A stretch of 32,000 nucleotides of DNA, from sequence record PQ244016.1; one strand, given 5' to 3'. The stretch comes from Mycobacterium phage Blubba. A model generated the notes under the pieces. That model did no database searches and was not told the origin of the DNA. It was given only the letters and a program-made list of their open reading frames with translations. Position numbers and translations under genes: made by a program. Shown here one piece after another: positions 1 through 7,276 of the stretch (the first letter of the stretch is position 1; each line of letters opens with the position of its first letter).

Positions 1-2
1 TG

Positions 3-1016
3 GCCACTGAGGCAACTGAACAAATCACCAGCACCGCCGTGGAGCTCTCCGGCGTTTCCGTGGTCACCGCCACCCGCACCATTGCCGCTCCACGTCAGGG
101 TGTCGTCTACAACCCGACAACCTTCGCCGCTGGAGTGCCCGTCTGGGTGCATCGGCGTCACGATGGCCGCTACCTGGTGCTCTACCGGGAGTACTGGGAT
201 GCCGCTACGTCTGTCTATAACGACGGGCCAGCGCTGTTCAGCGACTACGACGCCTACACCACACCGGCCTACATCGTCGTAGATCCGGCCACCGGTGTCA
301 CTGAGGGTCCGTTCCCGCTCCCCGGCCTGACCACCCTCGACGCCGCGCACAGCCTGGACAACTACCTGTTCACCGTCGGCCACCGCGACGGCGAGCCATG
401 GATTCAGCACTGGCGGGTAGCCCGTAGCGGAGTCCTGCTGCTGCAGGGCGAGGAGCCGGTGCCCCCTCCTCTCGGCAGCGCTCTCGGGGTGTACGCCGAG
501 CCCAACGGCACTCATGTCTGGGTGTTCGGAGAGAACGAGGACGGCCATCTGACACGGGTCCGCAAGCACTGGGGCCGGATCGGGGTGCTCAACGACCCGG
601 TCAACCCGTGGGAGGCCGACACCGGTCGCGGTTGGTCTGCCGATCTCGACGAGAGTGCCGCGATGGGTGACTTCGGAGTCGACGGCCCGTGCAGCGTGGC
701 CAAGTTCCGCGACCGGTTCTACCTGATGACCACTCTGGAAGAGGGCGGTCTGTGGACCGCTCAGCTCTACACCAAGCGTCCGGTCGACGCCGAGTGGCGT
801 CCGGTCAAGGGCATCTATTCGGGCGCCGATGCGATCCCGCTCGGCGACGTCGACGCCTACATGGGCGGAGCAGCCTACCTGCACCCGCACCTGCCGGTGG
901 CCCGTGAGGCCCTGGCCGAGGGCGCCAGCACCGGATTCGCCTATGTCACTTCCTCCCTGGTCGACATTGACGACAACGAAGCCATTCTCACTGAGTGGGG
1001 TATCATTTCGGTGTAA
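3..1016 (+). CDS. Hypothetical protein (possibly virion or tail associated), probably truncated at its 5' end by the window edge
   Basis: The frame is open from base 3 (..TG GCC ACT GAG..). The likely NTG start begins just outside the window; the supplied ORF begins at GTG 39. No family recognised. Confidence 0.6.
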   Translation, partial: ATEATEQITSTAVELSGVSVVTATRTIAAPRQGVVYNPTTFAAGVPVWVHRRHDGRYLVLYREYWDAATSVYNDGPALFSDYDAYTTPAYIVVDPATGVTEGPFPLPGLTTLDAAHSLDNYLFTVGHRDGEPWIQHWRVARSGVLLLQGEEPVPPPLGSALGVYAEPNGTHVWVFGENEDGHLTRVRKHWGRIGVLNDPVNPWEADTGRGWSADLDESAAMGDFGVDGPCSVAKFRDRFYLMTTLEEGGLWTAQLYTKRPVDAEWRPVKGIYSGADAIPLGDVDAYMGGAAYLHPHLPVAREALAEGASTGFAYVTSSLVDIDDNEAILTEWGIISV

Positions 1017-1020
1017 AGTG

Positions 1021-1067
1021 ATGTTACAGTCCAACCACAATCACACCCACACCCTCTAGGAGCATCT
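1021..1067 (+). promoter_or_regulatory. Extended -10 promoter-like element plus CA-rich leader and SD
   Basis: TGTTACAGT (1022-1030), then CCAACCACAATCACACCCACACCCTCTAGGAG before the TTG start at 1069. Nearly identical to the element at 26973-27010. Confidence 0.45.
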
Positions 1068-1068
1068 G

Positions 1069-2091
1069 TTGGCCTCCACCATTGCTGAAGTCCAAGACCG
1101 TCTGAGCGGCACCACCGAGGAGTCCATCGAGATCTCCCTGGGCGACCTCAAGGTCGACGAGGAGTCGCGCCAGCTCACCATCACCGACCAGGACCGTTCG
1201 TTTCCCCTCGACGAGCGGGTCGAGCGCGGCCTGGCCAAGCACCTGGGCATCCCCAAGGCCTACCTGGACAAGTGCCCGCCGGTCGCCAAGGCCTACAACA
1301 TCAACTTCTGGCTCCGGCAGAACGCGGGCAAGAACTCGGTCATCGAGACGATCAACGACACCTTCGTCAGCATCCACCGGCCCAACATGCTCGTGGTCCC
1401 GCTGACCCGGGTGGTCGACACCATCGCCACCGTGCTCGACCCGAGCTACGAGGTGGTCAATCTGATCCACAACGACAGCCGGTTTCAGGTCGACATCCTC
1501 ACCCCGAAGACGATCGAGGTGGCGCCCTGGGAGGAGCTGGAGGACCGCAACCCGGTCCATCACGCGACCGTCGGCGACATCACCCACGGCGGACTGCGCT
1601 TCACAGCCAATCCGATCGAGCCCGAGGAGCCGGTGATTCAGACCTATCTGCACCGGCTCTGGTGCTCCAACGGCGCCACCAGCCCGGAGAAGCAGGGCCA
1701 GATCGCGCTCAAGGGTAAGACGGTCGACGACATCATCGCCGAGATGGAGATCGCGATGCGCAAGGTCGTCGGTGATCTGGACGCCAAGCTGGAAGCCTAC
1801 GCCGCGCTGGCCACCCAGTATCCGCCGGGGTCCAAGGAGGCCTTCGCGCGCCAGCTCGGCCAGGAGCACAAGATCCCCGCTCGGGTCCTCAACAAGATCC
1901 TGGACCGCATCGAGATCCTGCCCGAGGGCGCCAGCCTCTACGACATCCTCAACGTGTTCACCTCGATGGCGCACGAGGAGGGCATCAAGCCTGAGACCGT
2001 GCTCAAGCTTCAGCAGCTCGGCGGACAGTTGGCCTTCGAGACCGAGGCTGTCACGCATAGATGTGGAACCTGTGAGCGACTCTTGCCATGA
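1069..2091 (+). CDS. DUF932-like phage/plasmid-related protein
   Basis: 340 aa from a TTG start with SD-like CTAGGAG upstream. Layout resembles DUF932/TIGR03299-type proteins. C-terminus carries a CxxC (CGTC). Confidence 0.45.
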   Translation: MASTIAEVQDRLSGTTEESIEISLGDLKVDEESRQLTITDQDRSFPLDERVERGLAKHLGIPKAYLDKCPPVAKAYNINFWLRQNAGKNSVIETINDTFVSIHRPNMLVVPLTRVVDTIATVLDPSYEVVNLIHNDSRFQVDILTPKTIEVAPWEELEDRNPVHHATVGDITHGGLRFTANPIEPEEPVIQTYLHRLWCSNGATSPEKQGQIALKGKTVDDIIAEMEIAMRKVVGDLDAKLEAYAALATQYPPGSKEAFARQLGQEHKIPARVLNKILDRIEILPEGASLYDILNVFTSMAHEEGIKPETVLKLQQLGGQLAFETEAVTHRCGTCERLLP

Positions 2092-2297
2092 GGATGACCG
2101 TTCGCAATCACCATGCTCGCTCGGCGCTCACCTACGAGACGTCGCACCCCGGCCATGGCGGTCCGTACCGCGACGACGGGCCGGACGGTGGCGTGATGCT
2201 CGTCTGGCACCTCCCGGACGGCATGCAGATCGAGCTGAACCTCGTCGACGCCAATGAGGTCAAGGTCATGAAGGAGAGTCTTGACGATGATGACTAG
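2088..2297 (+). CDS. Hypothetical protein
   Basis: 69 aa, overlaps the previous stop (ATGA). Confidence 0.5.
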   Translation: MRMTVRNHHARSALTYETSHPGHGGPYRDDGPDGGVMLVWHLPDGMQIELNLVDANEVKVMKESLDDDD

Positions 2298-2523
2298 AAC
2301 CGCCCTGCGGGCCCGCCGGTTTCACCACCTGTCCGGTCTGCAGCAGACCCAGATCTACCGTGAGATCGAGAAGGCCATCGAGCCGTACCGAGGACTGCGC
2401 GGCCTGACCTCCCGGACCAAGGAGACCATGTCGGTCCGGCTGGGCCGCAAGTTCGGGGTGCCGCGCAAGGTCATCCTGGACGTCTACGAGTACAAGGCCG
2501 CTCAGCGTCACGAGCGCGAGTGA
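2281..2523 (+). CDS. Hypothetical basic protein
   Basis: 80 aa ORF overlapping the upstream gene; ATG at 2287 is an alternative start. Confidence 0.5.
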   Translation: MTMMTRTALRARRFHHLSGLQQTQIYREIEKAIEPYRGLRGLTSRTKETMSVRLGRKFGVPRKVILDVYEYKAAQRHERE

Positions 2524-2534
2524 TTCGACAAGGG

Positions 2535-2570
2535 CCCCGGTTCAAATCTCTGGACCGGGGTTCTTGCGTT
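2535..2570 (+). terminator. Probable intrinsic terminator
   Basis: CCCCGGTTCA (2535-2544) pairs with TGGACCGGGG (2551-2560), one G.U; 6-nt loop; followed by TTCTTGCGTT. Confidence 0.6.
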
Positions 2571-2579
2571 TGCTACAGT
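2571..2579 (+). promoter_or_regulatory. Extended -10-like element upstream of the tRNA genes
   Basis: TGCTACAGT immediately after the terminator and upstream of both tRNAs. No convincing -35. Confidence 0.4.
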
Positions 2580-2646
2580 CGTCTGCATGCGCACCAGCTC
2601 GCAGCAGAATCGACAGCAGTAGCCCTCCGGGTCTACTGCTACTCAA

Positions 2647-2718
2647 TGCTCGTTGGTGTAACTGGCAACACTACGGACTCTGGCTCCGTCATTCTTGGTT
2701 CGAATCCAGGGCGAGCAA
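2647..2718 (+). tRNA. tRNA-Gln (anticodon CTG); CCA encoded at 2719-2721
   Basis: Acceptor TGCTCGT/GCGAGCA; D stem GTGT/ACAC; anticodon arm ACGGA-CTCTGGC-TCCGT; T arm CTTGG-TTCGAAT-CCAGG; discriminator A then CCA. Confidence 0.93.
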
Positions 2719-2727
2719 CCACCACAT

Positions 2728-2800
2728 TGGGGTGTAGTTCAACTGGCAGAACGCTCGACTGTTAATCGAGTAGTTGAAGGTTCGAGTCCTTCCACTCCAG
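2728..2800 (+). tRNA. tRNA-Asn (anticodon GTT)
   Basis: Acceptor TGGGGTG/CACTCCA; D stem GTTC/GAAC; anticodon arm CTCGA-CTGTTAA-TCGAG; T arm GAAGG-TTCGAGT-CCTTC. Confidence 0.95.
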
Positions 2801-2876
2801 CAAGTCTTAACCTCACGCGTGTAATTCATCCTGTAGTCTGCATGTAGAACTGCTGCAGAAACGGGAGCCTCTCTTC

Positions 2877-3335
2877 ATGTCCGACGGCATCATCTCCGAG
2901 GTCAAGGACCTCTATCCGACCGAGAAGAACGCGCTCGTCTCGATCCGTCACCAGCTCATGCAGGACCTGGCCTACAAGCCGACTTCCATCCTGTTCACCG
3001 AGGACATGATGAAGCGTCAGTTCGAGGCGCAGGCCAAGGAGCGGTGTGCCGAGATCGGTCTGGCCGTCCAGGTCGAGTGGGCCTGGAAGGACGTCGACAA
3101 GGAGACCGGTGAGGTCGTCGACATGAGTCCCGATGTCGCTGACGACCCCAAGGATGTCAACATCTACTGGAAGCCTCGTCTGGTCGTCGTGGGCCGCACC
3201 GAGAAGATCGGCGAGATCGATCACGACCGCTTCAAGCACGAGGTGGTCACCGGTGAGGCTGACGGCAAGGCCGGATACGTCGACCCGAACACGGGTCTGA
3301 TGCGCGACGACTCAAAGAAGAAGCTGATCCTATGA
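2877..3335 (+). CDS. Hypothetical protein
   Basis: 152 aa ORF with SD-like GGGAG upstream. Confidence 0.65.
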   Translation: MSDGIISEVKDLYPTEKNALVSIRHQLMQDLAYKPTSILFTEDMMKRQFEAQAKERCAEIGLAVQVEWAWKDVDKETGEVVDMSPDVADDPKDVNIYWKPRLVVVGRTEKIGEIDHDRFKHEVVTGEADGKAGYVDPNTGLMRDDSKKKLIL

Positions 3336-3775
3336 CCAGTCCTGGCAAGCCCACCGCTCACACCTACTCGGCAGGCAGTGCGCCGGTCACCGCCACCAGT
3401 CCGCTGGACTTCGGTGACAAGTGCTTCCTGTGCTCGAACACGATCAACATCGACACCCCGCCGGTCGAGCAGCGTGATTTCTACATCAGCAAGAACGGTG
3501 GCATGTTCCTGTGCCATAAGACCTGCCTCAACGAGATGGAGTCCGCCGGTGGCACGCCGCGCGACTTCCACGAGGCCCGGGCCCGCAAGGGCAACCCGGT
3601 CGCGCCGACCCCGCCTCCGGCAGAGGCGCCCAAGCCACCGGTGGTCGAGCAGCGCGCGGGCTGGCTGCACTTCGAGAAGCTCTCGGATCTGACCGCCTAC
3701 ACGGCTCAACACGGCGACATCCCGACCTCGACGAAGGTCACCGTCGGGACCTCTCTGGTGCAGCCAGGTGAGTGA
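3332..3775 (+). CDS. Hypothetical cysteine-rich, possibly zinc-binding protein
   Basis: 147 aa; CFLC...FLCHKTC pattern; ATGA overlap with the upstream gene. Confidence 0.6.
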   Translation: MTSPGKPTAHTYSAGSAPVTATSPLDFGDKCFLCSNTINIDTPPVEQRDFYISKNGGMFLCHKTCLNEMESAGGTPRDFHEARARKGNPVAPTPPPAEAPKPPVVEQRAGWLHFEKLSDLTAYTAQHGDIPTSTKVTVGTSLVQPGE

Positions 3776-4044
3776 TGCGCCCGAAACTGCTCGTCGCGGC
3801 CAGCATCAAGGACGCGGTCGAGATGAAGGCGCAGCACTCCTGCCTGCGGTCCTGTCACGTCCTCACGCCGTACACCAAGCGCAGCGAAGCGCACTCTGAC
3901 TTCCTGTACGGCGAGTACACCTGGACGCCTGCCGCCAAGGCCCTTCCGGCCCGAACCCGGTGGAAAATGCGTCAGCAGCTGCGGCTCTGCCTCGACGAGC
4001 AGAGTTGTGAGCAGGACTTCCCGGCCATCATCTTGGCTTGGTAA
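3772..4044 (+). CDS. Hypothetical protein
   Basis: 90 aa ORF translationally coupled to the previous one. Confidence 0.5.
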   Translation: MMRPKLLVAASIKDAVEMKAQHSCLRSCHVLTPYTKRSEAHSDFLYGEYTWTPAAKALPARTRWKMRQQLRLCLDEQSCEQDFPAIILAW

Positions 4045-4100
4045 CGTCCAAATCAGGGGAGATGGGGAAGTCCTGTCTCCACAACGAGGGGACAGTTCCC

Positions 4101-4436
4101 ATGGTCAACAGCACTCCGCGCATCAATCCGGAAGAGATTCTCTCTCCGACGTTCTTGCCACAGACGTCGGTGCAGGAGTTCTTTGCGTACGTCGGCGGTC
4201 ATCCCCTCAACGGGCGTCTGTGCGACTCGAAGGCGGGCGATATGGACTCCGAGGCCAGTGTCCTGCTGAACGCCGATCCCCTGCGTCCCAAGACCCCGCA
4301 GCATTTCGCTAGCCAACTTCGCGAGCAGGCCCTGCAGCGTCGCCTGGACAAGGCCCACACCCCGATCGCTCGCCTGCGGGCCCGGCTGCAACAGCGGATT
4401 CACGATCGGCTCGTCGGCTGGATCTTGTTCGACTGA
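4101..4436 (+). CDS. Hypothetical protein
   Basis: ATG 4101 (111 aa) preceded by GAGGGG; the supplied ORF starts at 4038. Confidence 0.5.
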   Translation: MVNSTPRINPEEILSPTFLPQTSVQEFFAYVGGHPLNGRLCDSKAGDMDSEASVLLNADPLRPKTPQHFASQLREQALQRRLDKAHTPIARLRARLQQRIHDRLVGWILFD

Positions 4437-4514
4437 TCTCACCAGGGTGGATCTTGATCCCCGAGGGGTAAGAATGTCTGAGGACATCGACTGACCCGAC
4501 GGGAGTACGCCGAG

Positions 4515-4868
4515 ATGACGATGGTCGAACTGGCCCAAGAGGCTCGCGAGCTGGCAAAAGAGTACTGGTGGAACGGTGTGGGGGCGGTGGTTCTGGCATT
4601 CCTGCTGGTCACCTCGATCTGGCGCAATGGCGACGACTATCTGCTCTACGCAGCGCTGATCTTTGTCGTCGTCCACGCCGGTGTGGCCATGTGGGGATTC
4701 GGACACCGTCGAGCGCAACGTCTGGACGAGAAGCATCGTCGTGAGCTTGTAGTAGCCTACAGACGAGGCCTAGAACAGGCGCAGAATACCCACACCGAGG
4801 AGACCCATGAGCGACCACGTGGACGGCGCGTCCCAGCCTTTGCCGTCGTCACCCGGCGCGCAGCTTGA
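4515..4868 (+). CDS. Small membrane protein
   Basis: 117 aa with two adjacent hydrophobic segments (GVGAVVLAFLLVTSIW; YLLYAALIFVVVHAGVAMWGF). Confidence 0.55.
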   Translation: MTMVELAQEARELAKEYWWNGVGAVVLAFLLVTSIWRNGDDYLLYAALIFVVVHAGVAMWGFGHRRAQRLDEKHRRELVVAYRRGLEQAQNTHTEETHERPRGRRVPAFAVVTRRAA

Positions 4869-5139
4869 ACACGTTGCTCCCCCGGAGCTGACCGACGAAG
4901 AACGTCGGCCCGACCGCGTGGAGGACTCGGTCTTCTACGATGCCGCCTTCGAGGGCCATCCGCCGCGTCGGCTCAGGCAGGTCTGGAACCAGCAGGGCAA
5001 CATCGCCGAGGACGTCCCACTGCCCAGCGACGAGGAGGCCCATCAGGAGGTTCTGGACCGCCTGCGCGAGGACCCCAATGCCGACTGGCGCCGTGCGGTC
5101 TCCGAAAAAGATATGGACACCCCGGCCCCGGGCGAGTAA
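4807..5139 (+). CDS. Hypothetical acidic protein
   Basis: 110 aa; overlaps the previous ORF by 62 nt. Confidence 0.5.
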   Translation: MSDHVDGASQPLPSSPGAQLEHVAPPELTDEERRPDRVEDSVFYDAAFEGHPPRRLRQVWNQQGNIAEDVPLPSDEEAHQEVLDRLREDPNADWRRAVSEKDMDTPAPGE

Positions 5140-5148
5140 CGTCCCTCT

Positions 5149-5166
5149 ACTGCCCTGAAGGGCGGT
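5149..5166 (+). terminator. Hairpin, possible transcription boundary
   Basis: ACTGCCC-TGAA-GGGCGGT, 7-bp stem with one G.U, just after the stop at 5139. No U tract. Confidence 0.3.
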
Positions 5167-5178
5167 GGAACAAAGGGG

Positions 5179-5211
5179 TTGTGGTCGACCTATAGAACAT
5201 GTATAGTCGAC
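5179..5211 (+). promoter_or_regulatory. Sigma70-type promoter overlapping an imperfect dyad, upstream of the Y RNA-like units
   Basis: TTGTGG (5179-5184), 17-nt spacer, TATAGT (5202-5207). Dyad GTCGAC-c-TATA (5184-5194) / TATA-GTCGAC (5202-5211). Predicted +1 near 5214. Confidence 0.65.
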
Positions 5212-5213
5212 AT

Positions 5214-5300
5214 CAGACAAACCGCAGGCCGATTCGCATCGGTTACCTCTGATATGGGATCAAAACAGTCCCGGTGCAACCCACATGTCTGCGGTCTTAT
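5214..5300 (+). ncRNA. Y RNA-like unit 1 (no tRNA-like module)
   Basis: Terminal stem ACCGCAG (5221-5227)/CTGCGGT (5289-5295). Inner hairpin CCGAT-TCGC-ATCGG (5229-5242). Helix GGT..ACC (5241-5247) with GGT..ACC (5273-5281). Shares GCAGGCCGA, TCGGTTACCTC and CATGTCTG with unit 2. Confidence 0.65.
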
Positions 5301-5309
5301 AACTGAAAA

Positions 5310-5474
5310 GTGGTCGGGGAGGCAGGCCGAGAGTTTGTCGGTTACCTCATTGCAAGAGAGAGGTCGCGGGTTCGAATCCCGTCAGGTGGTTACCGGTATG
5401 CCCGGACACCTGTAGCTCAGCGGCAGAGCGCTTAAACGCCGGTGGACACCACCATGTCTGCCTCCCCACCCTTT
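5310..5474 (+). ncRNA. Y RNA-like unit 2, YrlA-like, with a permuted tRNA-like module
   Basis: Terminal stem GGGGAGGCAG (5316-5325)/CTGCCTCCCC (5458-5467). Inside: T arm GCGGG-TTCGAAT-CCCGT (5366-5382), acceptor-like helix CAGGTG (5383-5388)/CACCTG (5407-5412) capped by CCGG-TATGC-CCGG, TA, D arm GCTC-AGCGGCA-GAGC (5415-5429). Lies upstream of a Ro60 ortholog. Confidence 0.75.
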
Positions 5475-5490
5475 CCCACGAACCGAACGC

Positions 5491-5574
5491 GGGAGAGACG
5501 GAGGCCGAAGGCTCGTCGGTTATCAACTGTCACTTGAAAATGTCGGCAGCCATCACCATGTCTCCGTCTCTTTC
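5491..5574 (+). ncRNA. Y RNA-like unit 3 (no tRNA-like module)
   Basis: Terminal stem AGAGACGGAG (5494-5503)/CTCCGTCTCT (5562-5571) followed by TTTCC. Shared GGCCGA...TCGGTTATC and CACCATGTCT motifs. Inner stem CTGTC/GGCAG (5527-5531/5545-5549). Confidence 0.65.
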
Positions 5575-5623
5575 CATGTTCACAACCGAATAACTCACCC
5601 ACTGCACGAACGGAGGAACGCCC

Positions 5624-7276
5624 ATGTCGGACGTTCTGAGCACCTTTTCCACACGTCGCACTCCGCAGTCGCAGCCACGCATCCCCGATCAGGTCCGCAA
5701 CGCTGCCGGAGGCTTCGCCTACCGCACCGGCGATGAGCTGCGCCTGCATCGGTTCCTGACCCTGGGCACCGACGGCGGCACCTACTACACCAACGCTCGG
5801 GACCTGACCAAGGACAACGCCGAGGTCGTCCTGCGTATGGTCGCCGACAAGGGTCTGTACACGGTCAGCCAGATCGTCGAGATCTCCACGGCGGGCCGCG
5901 CGCCGAAGAACAAGCAGGCGCTGTTCGCGCTGGCCCTGGCCGCATCGCACGGTGACGACGTCACTCGTGCTGCTGCGCTGGCCGCGCTGCCGCAGGTCGC
6001 ACGCACGGCGACGCACCTGTTCGAGTTCCTCAACTACGCCCAGCAGTTCCGTGGCTGGGGCAAGGGTCTGCAGAAGGCCGTGCTCCGGTGGTACGCGGAC
6101 AAGCCGGTCGACCGTGCTGCTTACCAGATGGTCAAGTACCGCCAGCGTGAGGGCTGGACGCACGCCGACGTGCTGCGCAAGGCGCACCGTCACATCGACG
6201 GGGTGACTGGCGAGCATGCCGCGCTGTTCAACTGGGTGGTGGGCCGTCGCGAAGGCCTGGACATCATGGGCAACCGGATCGAGGCCGAGCTGCCCGCGAT
6301 CGTCGGCGCCTTCGAGGCGCTGCAGGCAGCCGACTCGGTCGGCGCCGTCGTGCGCCTCATCGAGGCCGGGCACGGCATCACCTGGGAGATGGTCCCGGAC
6401 CAGTTCCTCAACCAGCTTCTGGTCTGGGAGGCCCTGCTCGCTCAGGGGGTGCCGCAGACGGCGCTCATGCGCCAGCTGCCGCGCCTGACCCGGCTCGGAC
6501 TGGCCGCCGGGGACACCGGGCGCGCTATCGCCGAGCAGCTGACGGACGCCGAGCGACTCAAGAAGGCCCGCGTGCATCCGATCAACGTGCTGGTGGCCCA
6601 GCGCACCTACGCGCAGGGTTACTCGGAACGGGGGTCGAGCACCTGGACTCCGGATCGCAAGATCACCGATGCGCTCGACGCTGCGTTCTACGCCGCGTTC
6701 GGCGCGGTCGAGCCCGCCAACAAGCGCACGCTGCTGGCCCTGGACGTCTCGGGGTCGATGGGCACGCGGGTCTCGGGTCTGCCGATCTCGTGCCGGGAGG
6801 CCTCGGGTGCGCTGGCCATGGTCATCGCGGCCACCGAGCCGGACACCGAGATCGTCGGCTTCACCTCGGGCGGATGGACCTCGGGTGCGTTCCGCAACCG
6901 GCGTTCCGGCGGGCTGCGCAAGCTCGACCTGAGTCCACGGCGCCGCCTGGACGACAACCTGTGGGCGATCATCAACCTGCCGTTCGGCGGGACCGACTGC
7001 GCGCTGCCGCTGGTCTGGGCCAAGGAGACCAAGGCCGAGTTCGACACGTTCCAGATCTACACCGACAACGAGACCTGGGCGGGCAACATCCACGTCGACC
7101 AGGCGCTGGAACAGTACCGCCAGTCTTCGGGTGTCGATGCTCGGGTCGAGATCGTGTCCATGACGGCCACCGGCACCAGTCTGTGCAACCCGGATGATCC
7201 GGGCATGCTGGACGTGTCGGGCTTCGACTCGACCGTTCCGCAGCTTCTCACCGATCACTCGGCGGGTCGCATCTAA
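5624..7276 (+). CDS. rsr: Ro60 ortholog (Rsr): TROVE domain plus vWA-like domain
   Basis: 550 aa. N-terminal helical-repeat TROVE-type region (FLTLGTDGGTYY, QIVEISTAGRAPKNKQALFALALA, GWGKGLQKAVLRWY). C-terminal vWA with MIDAS-like DVSGSMG. SD GGAGG upstream. Confidence 0.92.
   Translation: MSDVLSTFSTRRTPQSQPRIPDQVRNAAGGFAYRTGDELRLHRFLTLGTDGGTYYTNARDLTKDNAEVVLRMVADKGLYTVSQIVEISTAGRAPKNKQALFALALAASHGDDVTRAAALAALPQVARTATHLFEFLNYAQQFRGWGKGLQKAVLRWYADKPVDRAAYQMVKYRQREGWTHADVLRKAHRHIDGVTGEHAALFNWVVGRREGLDIMGNRIEAELPAIVGAFEALQAADSVGAVVRLIEAGHGITWEMVPDQFLNQLLVWEALLAQGVPQTALMRQLPRLTRLGLAAGDTGRAIAEQLTDAERLKKARVHPINVLVAQRTYAQGYSERGSSTWTPDRKITDALDAAFYAAFGAVEPANKRTLLALDVSGSMGTRVSGLPISCREASGALAMVIAATEPDTEIVGFTSGGWTSGAFRNRRSGGLRKLDLSPRRRLDDNLWAIINLPFGGTDCALPLVWAKETKAEFDTFQIYTDNETWAGNIHVDQALEQYRQSSGVDARVEIVSMTATGTSLCNPDDPGMLDVSGFDSTVPQLLTDHSAGRI

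Noticed and set aside
2520-2765. 80-aa plus-strand ORF across terminator and tRNAs
   Set aside because: It overlaps a tRNA-Gln gene, part of tRNA-Asn and a hairpin; no SD.
5344-5390. Conventional tRNA-Ala (TGC) ending at the CCCGT-CAGGTGG segment
   Set aside because: The T arm is perfect, but no upstream 5' acceptor strand complementary to CAGGTGG or D arm is in place. The partners (CACCTG and GCTC..GAGC) lie downstream, which fits a permuted tRNA mimic.
5179-5415. 78-aa plus-strand ORF over the Y RNA-like region
   Set aside because: It starts inside the promoter, has no SD, and crosses two structured RNA units; treated as fortuitous.
5406-5440. Truncated tRNA 5' half (ACACCTGTAGCTCAGCGGCAGAGC)
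   Set aside because: As a stand-alone tRNA it lacks anticodon and T arms. It is better explained as the second half of the tRNA-like module in unit 2.
5214-5574. Permuted group I intron-exon tRNA gene
   Set aside because: No recognisable P7 or other conserved group I core elements on either side. The flanks instead form simple closing stems shared with two further units next to a Ro60 gene.
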